Assembly: GCA_020627945.1 (NCBI GenBank)
Contig: JAHDFW010000006.1
Location: forward strand, 1 to 52,439
DNA from: Cytophagales bacterium
GTDB taxonomy: Bacteria; Bacteroidota; Bacteroidia; Cytophagales; JAHDFW01
Reading direction: 5' to 3'
Length of the DNA stretch: 52,439 bases
How positions within the stretch are numbered: the stretch's first letter is position 1; each line of letters begins with the position of its first letter. The notes below the pieces were generated by a model. It did no database searches. It saw only the letters and a list, made by a program, of their open reading frames with translations, and was not told where the DNA came from. The translations under genes were made by a program, and so were the position numbers. This document shows, one piece after another, positions 22,301 to 24,450 of this stretch.

Positions 22301-23844
22301 AATGTCATTCTCATATTTTCTGCCACTTTACCGTTCTGTTCAAGGTAAGTAACGACCTGAGACATAAGTGCAGGTACCGTATGAAACAAAGTACATTGTT
22401 CTATTACTCCAATAAATTTATCGTTATCGAGTATTTGATCTTTGTCCAACAGAATAGTTTTTCCTCCACTCAGAATGGCCCCAAACAACTCAAAAAAAGA
22501 TATATCGAAAGCATGAGAAGCCAGAAATGGCATCACATCATGAGTACCGAACTTAAAGTTCGCTTTAACACTTGCTGTAAAAGAATCTAAATTACCATAA
22601 GAGACCAATACTCCTTTAGGTTTACCGGTACTTCCAGAAGTGTAGATTATATACGCGCTGTCATTAGATGTAATATCGGTGTTAAGATTTGCTGCAGAGT
22701 ATAATTCCAGGTTTTGAGTAATGGAATTGATGGTTAGGATTTCAACTTCCACACTTTCCAATGTTAACTCCGTTTGGTCTGTCACAACGTATGTCGCACC
22801 ACAATCTTCCAGCATATAATTTACTCTATCCTTAGGATATTGTAAATCAGCTGGAACATAAACCGCCCCAATTTTAAAAATGGCTAGAAGCACCTGAACT
22901 AAAGAAAGCTCTCGGTTTACATACAAAACTACACGATCTCCTTTAGTAACTCCTAGCTCTTGAATTTTTCGAGCTAGTTGATTGGACTTTGAGTTTAGTT
23001 CGGCGTAGGTAATTTGCTGTTCTTTAAATTCCAGACAAATCTTATCCGCATATTGGTGTGCCATCTTTTCAAACTGATGCACAAAACCTTGACTTTCTTT
23101 ATAATCTAATACAGCACCTTTACCTAAATTCAGAATTTGATCTTGTTTCTGGTCTTGCAAAAAATTAAAATCCCGAATCGGTAGATCCATACAATCCACT
23201 ATTCGTTGCAAAAAGTCTTTTAACAAAGTACTGAAGTCATTCAACCATTGCGGGTGATACATAGTTGGATTGAAATGAAAATCTAAAGAATCATCTTGTC
23301 TCAGTATAATTCTCAAATTATGACTCCAATCATTGTGCTCCAGTTCATGCAAATTCTCTAGCAAAAACTGTACATCAGGAATTGCCCAACCTTCTCGTTC
23401 AATTACATTTCGACATTCTTCACCTTGATTTTGAAAGGCTCCTACCACATTTTCCTTCACTTTGGCAAGAACCTGCTTGAAAGAATATTGGTTACTTATT
23501 TCGGTAGTTAATACCAGAGGATAACTTTCTGAAATTTTAGAATTGACCCTAAACGAGTTAGAAGATATCGTAATAAAATCCTGCCTCAAATACTGTTGAA
23601 GTAAAACCTTTAAAGCAGAAGAAACAACCGTAAATAAAGCCAAATCAGATTTTGCCAAAACAGACCTCACTTTACTCAACTCTAACTGGCATGAATAAGA
23701 ATCAAAATCAAGTTGATTTTGTTTATCAGCAATAAGACCAAATTTTAATGTTGAAAAATCAGGTGCTTTATCATGGTAAACTTTATACCAATATTCTTCC
23801 CTTATCTTCTGTTTTAATAAAGATTCCTGAGCCCCCGACGACAT
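1396..23844 (-). CDS. Nonribosomal peptide synthetase, single 7482-aa polypeptide; domain order C'(half)-A1-T1-C2-A2-T2-C3-A3-T3-C4-T4-C5-A5-T5-C6-C7-A7-T7-C8-A8-T8-C9
   Basis: An unbroken 7482-codon frame in an AT-rich sequence. There are seven GGHSL carrier motifs, with Ser at aa 793, 1832, 2859, 3405, 4451, 5918 and 6968. There are six adenylation cores (YTSGSTGKPKG-type, YGPTE, Y.TGD, KIRG.R.E.GE, NGK.D). There are eight condensation His motifs at aa 974, 2013, 3040 (PHIISDG), 3593, 4636, 5071, 6101 and 7149. Spacing between T serines is about 1030-1050 aa for normal modules, 546 aa where no A domain is present, and 1467 aa where two C domains are present. Confidence 0.98.
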   Translation of the reverse strand: MSSGAQESLLKQKIREEYWYKVYHDKAPDFSTLKFGLIADKQNQLDFDSYSCQLELSKVRSVLAKSDLALFTVVSSALKVLLQQYLRQDFITISSNSFRVNSKISESYPLVLTTEISNQYSFKQVLAKVKENVVGAFQNQGEECRNVIEREGWAIPDVQFLLENLHELEHNDWSHNLRIILRQDDSLDFHFNPTMYHPQWLNDFSTLLKDFLQRIVDCMDLPIRDFNFLQDQKQDQILNLGKGAVLDYKESQGFVHQFEKMAHQYADKICLEFKEQQITYAELNSKSNQLARKIQELGVTKGDRVVLYVNRELSLVQVLLAIFKIGAVYVPADLQYPKDRVNYMLEDCGATYVVTDQTELTLESVEVEILTINSITQNLELYSAANLNTDITSNDSAYIIYTSGSTGKPKGVLVSYGNLDSFTASVKANFKFGTHDVMPFLASHAFDISFFELFGAILSGGKTILLDKDQILDNDKFIGVIEQCTLFHTVPALMSQVVTYLEQNGKVAENMRMTFVGGDAVPSELVPKIQAVFPNAEVKILYGPTEATIFCSVYDYLKTEKIHLNPIGRAIPNSRIFVLDDQLKVCPQGVIGELCVAGTSVTKGYWNRENLNEKKFVSNPYGEGLIYRTGDLAKWGYDGNLYFEGRNDYQVKIRGYRVELGEIQSRIGQHQAIQEVLVLDQANPENLEKYIVAFVVCNPDAFDESELKDHLKKDLPTYMIPSYIIRLDHFPLTSNGKIDRKSLPNAAEYYSGINVYKAPRTEAEKLLVEIWQDVFKKEQIGVSDNFFELGGHSLLANRLITLVREQTNKEASVKMLFANPTIELFAGEFEELETGLNAEEVIPFSDLKPFYLQSSAQSRMWLLYKLDPESVAYNMPMFIKVTGSLDWEKANLAFEKLIKRHSALRTTFHVKNGKNVQQIYEESSFELHQEACESSDYDFLRTFIQPFNLEQGPCFRFKLLKTPNNVSILFCDIHHIIADGISLNILMEEFTQLYHGIELSLLDLEYHDYAEWQQQQLLSGLLVKQRAFWLNQFEDEIPILELPYDFNRPAIQQFDGAWTSTFVDNSLTEQLRHLASDNNTTLFVILLSAYKILLSNYSGINDIIVGTPASGRSMAQVNRMIGMFVNTLVIRSKPDSSKTISQYVKEVAETSMLAVENQEYQLEDLIDDLNLERNPARNPLFSTMFSLLNLESEVIQSDEVKFEQMSNPSGISKFDLSLTTSENIEGLSINFNYATSLFRESTIQRLSSSYVRVLEQLVSAKSIGDIQLLNSEEEQDVVLSSTGARLEIDINNNLISLFSKAALKNPQGIALEYGELTRTFAELEDNSSKLASKFIDLGVSKGDRVVLYASRSLELVECLLAIMKAGAVYVPADLQYPEERVKHIVEDSGAKIIITDSNSQNTYSSSVEELQVKELFKDLSTVEVSSELAKIEPEDNAYIIYTSGSTGKPKGVLVNHGNLASFLQEIDHLNKIKSSDVMPFVASHAFDISFFELFNAMIKGGKTILLDKDQVLEKESLLEVLDQSTLFHTVPALMTQVVRFYETEGRTCSNMRQVYVGGDAVPSDLLPKMQNVFPKSQIKILYGPTEGTIFCSVFDYQEGLVIASNPIGRPIPNNALLILDDEKKLCPKGVIGEIHIAGPSVTKGYWNQQELTEMKYFQSKYSNSLMYATGDLGFWDEQGVLNFKGRKDNQVKIRGYRIEIGEVQSALNDLSFIGQALVLVHKEGTENHLVAYVTIDSKNQENVIGLMDQELRKKLPAYMVPSLVMRIEEFPLTANGKIDIKRLPVPDLSAADLEYVAPESNLEKQLCQIWEEILNVESIGLTHSFFKLGGHSLKAVELLSEIQSTLNVEVPLKELFLNPTVKGIVQYLESTTDHKLTSIPKVDHQEFYVLSPAQKRMFLTHQMIPDSIQYNMPGFLKLDGELNLEKVEEAINKLVARHESLRTSFLVVKNEPVQVVNPATNSKLVHYQVKNVSEAKEHFKKFVQPFDLSSESLFKVEIYQVNSSEHYLAFDMHHIVSDGASMKIITSEFIQLYSGKELTPIEYTYKDFAEWRFNHIQSEKGAEDQKFWLTRYSTLPESLALPLDFKRPSVISVKGGVESVLINKDLTGHLNKLAQENNTTLFNVLLTGLNILFHKYSGQEDLVLGTINAGRGRTEFNSMVGMFVNTIPMRNFPSEQISILSFLQEVVKNTIECHEHEAFPLENLLKELQIERDLSRNPLFDIMFSMDVQENTGDSESGLKISAETVNEREAKFDITVHALVSEDSIRFTFGYRSELFHSSSINKMLESLVLVLQEMATNPTSRIGEISLITESEKQLLLKDFNATTRDLKVSKNIIRDFENVVVDSPNHVALVFEEQSLTYQELNVRANQLANCLLSQGLTKEDVVGVRSSIGLDMVIAELAVLKSGGAVLCIDTKFPEARVQYMLEAANAKFFVTSENKEFLSDSEIIRVATDAEEVFTSSEDNPNVEIDLDNTACIIYTSGSTGKPKGVKTPHRALRNITGWYLEEFGVTKKDHTAKYAGFSFDISNMEIVSNLVAGSTLHLIPEEIRLDMGALNSYLEKNQISIIFIPTQACELFLEQKNNSLRYLLTGGDKLNKFESGSFELVNVYGPTENTIISTTYHVRKNYVNIPVGKPIFNNQVYILDKELKLVPVGMQGEIYLGGDNLSSGYINPEIDSSERFIQNPYFPEQVMYKTGDVGRWIEDGNIEFLGRSDHQIQIRGFRVEPGEIEHVILEQPKITECAVIPYKDGSGLYYLCAYLVYSDLLDLEGLKKHLQEVLPYYMVPSYFIELDQIPLTPNGKIDKQLLPQPDAVGNNLEEEYVAPSSIIEIQLVQIWEQVLEKEQVGVTDNFFRLGGHSLKVIELLGEVSKQLGVEIAYSKLFEFPTVQKLAENFENFKEVSASLIGSSEELEFYPLSPAQQRMFLTTQLSRNSIQYNMPAMLQLEGEIDLESLENAIITLFERHEGFKTSFEMKGGVPVQKIVENVDFELKKTSVDSFLDAKKHFKDFVKPFDLSHPPLLRAEFLKLEKEKGYLMFDMPHIISDGGSMQILTSDFLNLIKGEELEPLSVQYKEYAQQQSRKRELPQFQVEREYWLNQFNVLPETLALPLDFNRPSHIGHEGGSYYLKVDSSILEKLNLVSEQLQLTPFTLVISALSIVLSKYSGQEDLVIGTASSGRKHPDLKRVLGMFVNTLPIRLRPEKNLRIEDYLFLVKNQTVNAFENQDYPFEELVAELDIKRDLARNPLFDVMLNVLTFEDLNVESSEALMVSKIESGSEVAKFDITVSASLSKTNLAFQFNYRKDLFREATIENLANGLQQVLEAFGADQNVVLGDLLLLTSEEFEEIRSKSSKLDHYNIVGNTTAKHEFSAPKSQTEIDLYKIWTKVLEKNDFGIDDSFFELGGHSLRGATVIASAQNKWTSELRLLDLFEYPTVRTLALKIDQLVDHSMGSTNVKDIPLLPNSDFYEVSAAQKRLWLLDKILDGSSEYNMTFKQKLPDDSDLKLVKQALISLVERHETLRTSFQEIDGVPMQKINAVDSAFLQVIEHHDSGFELLLENHFQQEVNHDFNLEKGPLFRCALLTGEQSYLIFNLHHIITDGWSLDVLRSDFKELYESLVEGRDHNLPELKVQYKEFGHWQNKRLASDEFKAAKSYWHNALSGELPVLQLPVDYAQKTRLKNSGSSFSFSLSSSSQAKMNKFIKGQNSSLFMFLNAALKITLFEITGQQDLIIGTPSAGRTHEQLKYLNGFFLNTLVLRSQIDPEFTFEQFYREIKKDTVKALEYQEYPFEQLVEELNVPRDLNRFPIASVFLNVLNYGETKNVESHTKDKKHRTNDIPTKFDLNIYVSEFPDGIGFNCLYKNELYRPESIELIFEKFEKLIDQIVDHPSIKIQDVLQRNVTWTGDVSDMDWYSPERNLIDRFEFVAKQYSGRLAIGGRNELWTYKDLLNKVNAVVKDLIDQNIFNQPIGISCSHDERMVIALLAVLKSGNHYVPIDPSYPNYRIEQIIKTVDLNCLITDEDNESRCNDFGVQFDHVWILDSKLPKEEVEVTTPNLSVSNLAYILFTSGSTGVPKAIAQTHGAVMHFISNYSTLMEIDSNDRLTGFSSINFDSFVNDVFGALLNGASYWPHSFKNSTDLVELGDWLIQNNITIWHSVPSVFKEFANSNLHRSFDAIQTFKMTGEATSYSNYQLFESISNEKAKFVVSYGSTESTLNTFNQFTRYNGPVKNSLSAGKPVGRTEIKILSEHGTLVGDLSYGEILVYSPYVTSGYLDQEVLNEASFIQIDGKRFFKTGDLGRFNVDGELEVSGRKDFQVKIRGVRIDVQEVQHSMTNLPQIEQAVVLNHTKEGDDFLIGYYIGEETDFMEIRTVLATRLPEVMIPTDFVLMDKFPRTPNGKIDRSSFPSYNLDGIKKEEFEQPFEGLESELAAIWKELLQVDQVGRNSNFFQLGGHSLKATQFAAKFKAQEGLTIPLRVLFENPTIKMLASAIQNLGNGVLATSTLDSPIESPVKDLYSTTAAQNNFYFLHHKYPDSNIFNMPSLEYLGSDVEYLSIQEALELLIERHEPLRTSFVQHGQDVMQKVHDWVDFKLEHVRIKSSELDSVVTKYTQPFYLDQAPLYRAALVETDEQQFYLFHDIHHIISDGSSRQRLTNEFKNLLKGEILPTQGLQYKDYSEWINEQLKAGNLNDQREFWLKKLSGKLPSVALETDYPRGSGQYFEGGMYNLELDSELTDLVREFCAKNQMTLYMVLLAGYQLLLHKQTGEKDIIIGSPVAGRTEEAFQNTMGLFISTVLMRNKPKPELSFIEFINQVKKESIQAFENQLYPYDVLLNDLQIKTEPGRNPLTDFSLIVQNMLGKEELNNVSALDDTFEVTNSAKVDLTMYAFEHREKIMLRVEYKSSLYKPETIKSYLRQFKLLLKEGISNPKRRIGDLSGGGNNKHLAGLSHAQRRIYFTEKIYENTSVNNTAFLIGLSENVDHELLKEAFRHVVNQNQALRLRIKVVDGNSEPYQYVSPPLDEINVESIKCGLNGEEHLKREVLEPFAQTTFNLEGGPLFAFKIVEFKDQTMYLVNLHHLIGDGWTIFLVCDQVYKALEVLKSGDKPHSEPLPDYLDFVENERKYLNSDASVEHLKFWKQHLLPIPERSSFIPAPKSDSLKSDHLAIAFESNIRQDLLRYCEESGMSLYKILLTALSVFLRSYNENYEDEVIIGGVNHGRSSKIDQDTSGMFVSTIPVKVKVEQTSSFDTLLQEVSDILNPILKQYQKYPFDLLAEELRRQHNIDANELLNVNLIGHQDVHEDRYSMQYGYPGYDSSPLSIHINESNKNIKGILELTWSYQKRFFDKDDIESLHQRFVMLLSNLISKPKEDLSRIALMDQNERDLILTQFNNLSWKYSNDSVVQQFEKQVEQSSDKVALKFEDRTMTYFELNSEANKVAHYLIQKGAGRDTLVGILMEPGFEMFASIWGILKSGAAYLPLDPEYPQDRVEFILNDAQPLLVITDKETIRDSRYVFYNNSEVQNQSSGNPKVQFNPESLSYVIYTSGTTGQPKGCLIEHRNLSSYVEAFQKEFALNHEEVVLQQTRYTFDAFVEEFYPAQLVGGQIVIAKREQVTDLDQLEYLLRSNKVSMITCSPLLLNELNKLTSFQSLKICISGGDVLKPSYVSNLKNYATIYNTYGPTEGTVCVTYQKYTNHDTDFIQIGKPINNTYVLVLDEYLRLQPTGVPGELVIGGAGVARSYLNREKLTHDRFIQSPFDSKERLYRTGDLVQWNHNGELQFLGRTNDQVKIRGYRIEPQEIEQCLLEIAEVKEAVVVALEQDNQEKFLCAYLVGDGIKLPDVKPFLRKSMPEYMIPTHVMEIDSIPLTRHLKVDKKALPLPELNVVEVQLPTNHTEQKLVQIWSEVLGVDQERLSTVSSFFDVGGHSLKAMSLVNSIKKHFAVNITLANVFNNPTIQDLAIYIIAQNSSESKDEFIPRVFNADAKYELSAAQQRMYFLNRFDEQSTFYNMPAIMEIEGELDVNKVIESFQGLVDRHESLRSNFIAEGEHNYQVINDRVNLTINVHSVTEEEAEDIVKSFVRPFNLADDVLIRVEILRIATNRHVLLVDLHHIISDGNSIQILVKEFKQGYAGVINDTEPLQYKEFAHWQNDRRRKGEFEQLENYWKGQLDGELPLLQLPLDYSRPKVQKFNGNDVSLSIPSELLDKFKTICADSNVTLFAGLLSIYKILLSKYTGQYDLIVGIPSAGRVHSDLDRTIGMFVNSLAIRTYPDVKLNFNDYLNQVAQTYLAAIEHEEYQFEEIIELLDVPRDPSRNPIFETMFSLLNYREQEPSKENKIRENLILKPFGSTKKVAKFDLSLDLRELKDQLVGTLTYATHLFDKQTIQRMADGFVLLLESIVAEPKSKISDLSVVAVQSITDLVPKNSHKNKVISNEKVFVDLIQNQANLVSDNVALKFRDVEWTYSTLFHRVNVLAAMLGSKYGLGDRVVVHMSRGPELTATILALLKLGLVYIPIDVDYPTERKEYILNDSKAKLIISNVASGLNMQSIDQIDLTKFNWNQEATINARSVKHSDIAYVIYTSGSTGKPKGVEVSHGNLFNFASSLDEVNGLTENDLLPFMASNAFDISFFEQFAALLKGGGTLILEKEDLLDSSLLVEKLKVCTVFHTVPALMRQIVDSINTLDIRSDFNHIKQVCLGGDLVPNELLHDLTSTFVNAKITVFYGPTEATVFCTAYDFDPKIELHGNVIGNPTSNNQILILDDALKAVPHGVWGEICIGGPQVTQGYLHREELTKDRFIENPYDQGVVYRSGDLGRWNRKGELEFGGRKDSQVKIRGYRIELGEIESAINQLEGVGESLVIVTQNTETNDKLIVAYVRDLEDSQGLSEEFIRDQLRHQLPEYMIPSIVVLVESFELTQNGKINRRKLPDPFLALNEVESGVLTLPSTKLEKALVNLWTRVLGVDVIGMESHFFQIGGHSLKATQLSNLVREEMNLPLSIKDIFLSPVLKDQVELLKINKPILIDPIRPLEPQDSYPLSHAQQMLWVSYLREGASSTFNIPLAFNIQGQLNFEAFERMIFYMVQRHEILRTRIIDSSGVPSQIIEEPNYVKTELVEIDQKELKKALSTHANQSLDLLNDVLFKVSVFKVDDNQYAVGLNMHHIISDGWSMELFMKEAMQVYATFDAGKEPSLQPLKIQYKDFASWHNALIADGSEVGLSEFWKNKFSGKVKPLQLPTFQDRPTEKTYKGDRHVFELSIEESRKLTKLVKHHWNTSEFIVMQTVMSILLYRYSGQNDIVIGTPVSGRNRAELQNQIGYYVNMLALRNEVQSNHSFIELLQEVKAQTLEVFDRQDYPFDKLLDDLKPERDDSRLPLVNEGLSWNDFGDLSEHGSGDSPDQVNDLTIKPVSTKLNFAKYDLWLYGTLSREMFRFAFEYNTDLFTEEQVKEFSEAVLNIIKEVVRNPEIKIAEIKLVEQTENTSIEEREEGEDFDFDF
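1480..2784 (-). other. NRPS terminal condensation domain C9, followed by a short acidic tail
   Basis: SHAQQMLWV, RHEILRTRI, HHIISDGWS (aa 7149-7155, nt 2380-2400), IGYYVNMLALR. The protein ends ...EEREEGEDFDFDF with no GxSxG thioesterase or reductase. Confidence 0.85.
2815..3018 (-). other. NRPS carrier domain T8
   Basis: FFQIGGHSL; Ser6968 codon at 2941-2943. Confidence 0.85.
3022..4557 (-). other. NRPS adenylation domain A8 (paralog of A1/A2)
   Basis: AYVIYTSGSTGKPKG (Lys6577 at 4114-4116), ASNAFDISFFEQF, FHTVPALM, YGPTE, YRSGD, GRKDSQVKIRGYRIELGEI, NGKINRR. Confidence 0.85.
4615..5922 (-). other. NRPS condensation domain C8
   Basis: SAAQQRMYFL, RHESLRSNF, HHIISDG (aa 6101-6107, nt 5524-5544), GMFVNSLAIR, RNPIFE. 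Confidence 0.85.
5965..6171 (-). other. NRPS carrier domain T7
   Basis: FFDVGGHSL; Ser5918 codon at 6091-6093. Confidence 0.85.
6175..7707 (-). other. NRPS adenylation domain A7
   Basis: MTYFELN, SYVIYTSGTTGQPKG (Lys5545 at 7210-7212), YGPTE, YRTGD, GRTNDQVKIRGYRIEPQEI. The A10 motif is variant, RHLKVDKK, with the Lys retained. Confidence 0.85.
7720..9030 (-). other. NRPS condensation domain C7 (second of the C-C tandem)
   Basis: It starts right after the linker DLSGGGNNKH (nt 9031-9054). Motifs: LSHAQRRIYF, QNQALRLRI, HHLIGDG (aa 5071-5077, nt 8614-8634), SGMFVSTIPVK. Confidence 0.8.
9055..10323 (-). other. NRPS condensation domain C6 (first of a C-C tandem)
   Basis: TAAQNNFYFL (C1 motif without the usual Arg), RHEPLRTSF, HHIISDG (aa 4636-4642, nt 9919-9939), MGLFISTVLMR, RNPLTD. 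Confidence 0.8.
10366..10572 (-). other. NRPS carrier domain T5
   Basis: FFQLGGHSL; Ser4451 codon at 10492-10494. Confidence 0.85.
10576..12126 (-). other. NRPS adenylation domain A5 (divergent)
   Basis: LAYILFTSGSTGVPKA (Lys4072 at 11629-11631), YGSTE instead of YGPTE, FKTGD, GRKDFQVKIRGVRIDVQEV, NGKIDRS. Confidence 0.8.
12145..13461 (-). other. NRPS condensation domain C5
   Basis: SAAQKRLWLL, RHETLRTSF, HHIITDG (aa 3593-3599, nt 13048-13068), NGFFLNTLVLR. Confidence 0.85.
13510..13728 (-). other. NRPS carrier domain T4 (follows C4 directly, with no A domain between)
   Basis: FFELGGHSL; Ser3405 codon at 13630-13632. It lies only 546 aa after the T3 serine. Confidence 0.85.
13825..15105 (-). 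other. NRPS condensation domain C4 (His motif variant PHIISDG)
   Basis: SPAQQRMFL, RHEGFKTSF, MFDMPHIISDG (Pro3040-His3041, nt 14707-14727), GMFVNTLPIR, RNPLFD. Confidence 0.85.
15139..15345 (-). other. NRPS carrier domain T3
   Basis: FFRLGGHSL; Ser2859 codon at 15268-15270. Confidence 0.85.
15349..16881 (-). other. NRPS adenylation domain A3
   Basis: LTYQELN, ACIIYTSGSTGKPKG (Lys2487 at 16384-16386), YGPTE, YKTGD, GRSDHQIQIRGFRVEPGEI, NGKIDKQ. Confidence 0.85.
16891..18186 (-). other. NRPS condensation domain C3
   Basis: SPAQKRMFL, RHESLRTSF, HHIVSDG (aa 2013-2019, nt 17788-17808), GMFVNTIPMR, RNPLFD. Confidence 0.85.
18220..18426 (-). other. NRPS carrier domain T2
   Basis: FFKLGGHSL; Ser1832 codon at 18349-18351. 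Confidence 0.85.
18430..19992 (-). other. NRPS adenylation domain A2 (paralog of A1)
   Basis: AYIIYTSGSTGKPKG (Lys1448 at 19501-19503), ASHAFDISFFELF, FHTVPALM, YGPTE, YATGD, GRKDNQVKIRGYRIEIGEV, NGKIDIK. Confidence 0.85.
20005..21303 (-). other. NRPS condensation domain C2
   Basis: SSAQSRMWLL, RHSALRTTF, HHIIADG (aa 974-980, nt 20905-20925), GMFVNTL, RNPLF. Confidence 0.85.
21340..21543 (-). other. NRPS carrier (T/PCP) domain T1
   Basis: FFELGGHSL; Ser793 codon at 21466-21468. Confidence 0.85.
21550..23112 (-). other. NRPS adenylation domain A1
   Basis: ITYAELN, AYIIYTSGSTGKPKG (Lys408 at 22621-22623), YGPTE, YRTGD, GRNDYQVKIRGYRVELGEI, NGKIDRK. Confidence 0.85.
23125..23844 (-). other. 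NRPS N-terminal half condensation domain (C-terminal lobe only, no catalytic His motif)
   Basis: aa 1-240 align to the post-HHxxxDG half of the other C domains. EEYWYKVY..APDFSTLKF resembles YW...L..P.L.LP, and LFTVVSSALKVLLQQY resembles TLF..LL.AY..LL. The segment ends in the linker-like IRDFNFLQDQKQDQIL. There is no SxAQxR, RHExLRT or HHxxxDG. Only 159 nt of non-coding DNA lie upstream. Confidence 0.6.
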
Positions 23845-24003
23845 AGTTTAGTTATAGTTGAATATTAAAGATAGAAAGGTTGATGTTACTTTGCAATTAA
23901 ATCAAACCGCAAATTTGTTTAAACAATTTTCAGCTTTGCATAATTTAAAAAAGTATTAGCTGAGTTGAACACTAGATCCAGTCAAAACAGATAAGGTTCA
24001 CAT

Positions 24004-24396
24004 TTATTCCTTTGTGAAATACTCTATAAAATCTCTTACACTTAACATTTGCGTAAGCAAACTATCTGGCAAAGGTTTTTCAAACTCCTTTTCAAACTCC
24101 ATTACCAATTCAATCTGGTCTAATGAATCTGCACCAAAATCATCGAATATATCATCGTCAAGAACCATCTCTTCCTTTTCAACTCCTAGTTTATCAACGA
24201 AGATATCATAGGCAACTTGCTCTGGAGTTCTATTGGCCAAGGCCTGAGCTTTTTCAATAGAATCACGCTTCGGATAAGTCCAAATTCCATCCTGATGATG
24301 ATATACAGAATCGGGTAACGGATCAGGGTTTACAAAATTTCGTTCAAAAAATGTCTTTTTTTTCAGCTTCCTTGCTAGTATCGGCTTGTTGTTCAC
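24004..24396 (-). CDS. Free-standing acyl/peptidyl carrier protein (ACP-like) with an N-terminal extension of about 55 aa
   Basis: The C-terminal ~75 aa match the ACP fold and phosphopantetheine site: IFVDKLGVEKEE....FGADSLDQIELVMEFEKEF. The only canonical start in frame is GTG at 24394-24396, because an in-frame stop sits at 24412-24414. It lies 54 nt downstream of the UvrA-like gene and 159 nt upstream of the NRPS. Confidence 0.8.
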   Translation of the reverse strand: MNNKPILARKLKKKTFFERNFVNPDPLPDSVYHHQDGIWTYPKRDSIEKAQALANRTPEQVAYDIFVDKLGVEKEEMVLDDDIFDDFGADSLDQIELVMEFEKEFEKPLPDSLLTQMLSVRDFIEYFTKE

Positions 24397-24450
24397 AAGA
24401 TTTTGTCGCAGTTAACAACACCGAAATAATTATTAAAAATCTCATCGTAC

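Noticed and set aside
1439-22590. Twelve short ORFs from the track nested inside the NRPS gene: plus strand 1439-1621, 3872-4195, 6381-6614, 7410-7697, 9404-9592, 10467-10670, 16421-16765, 17893-18093, 20150-20365 and 22381-22590; minus strand out of frame 3963-4145 and 17841-18074.
   Set aside because: All lie entirely within the 7482-codon frame, which carries continuous NRPS motifs. Their translations are low-complexity with no motifs. These are shadow ORFs.
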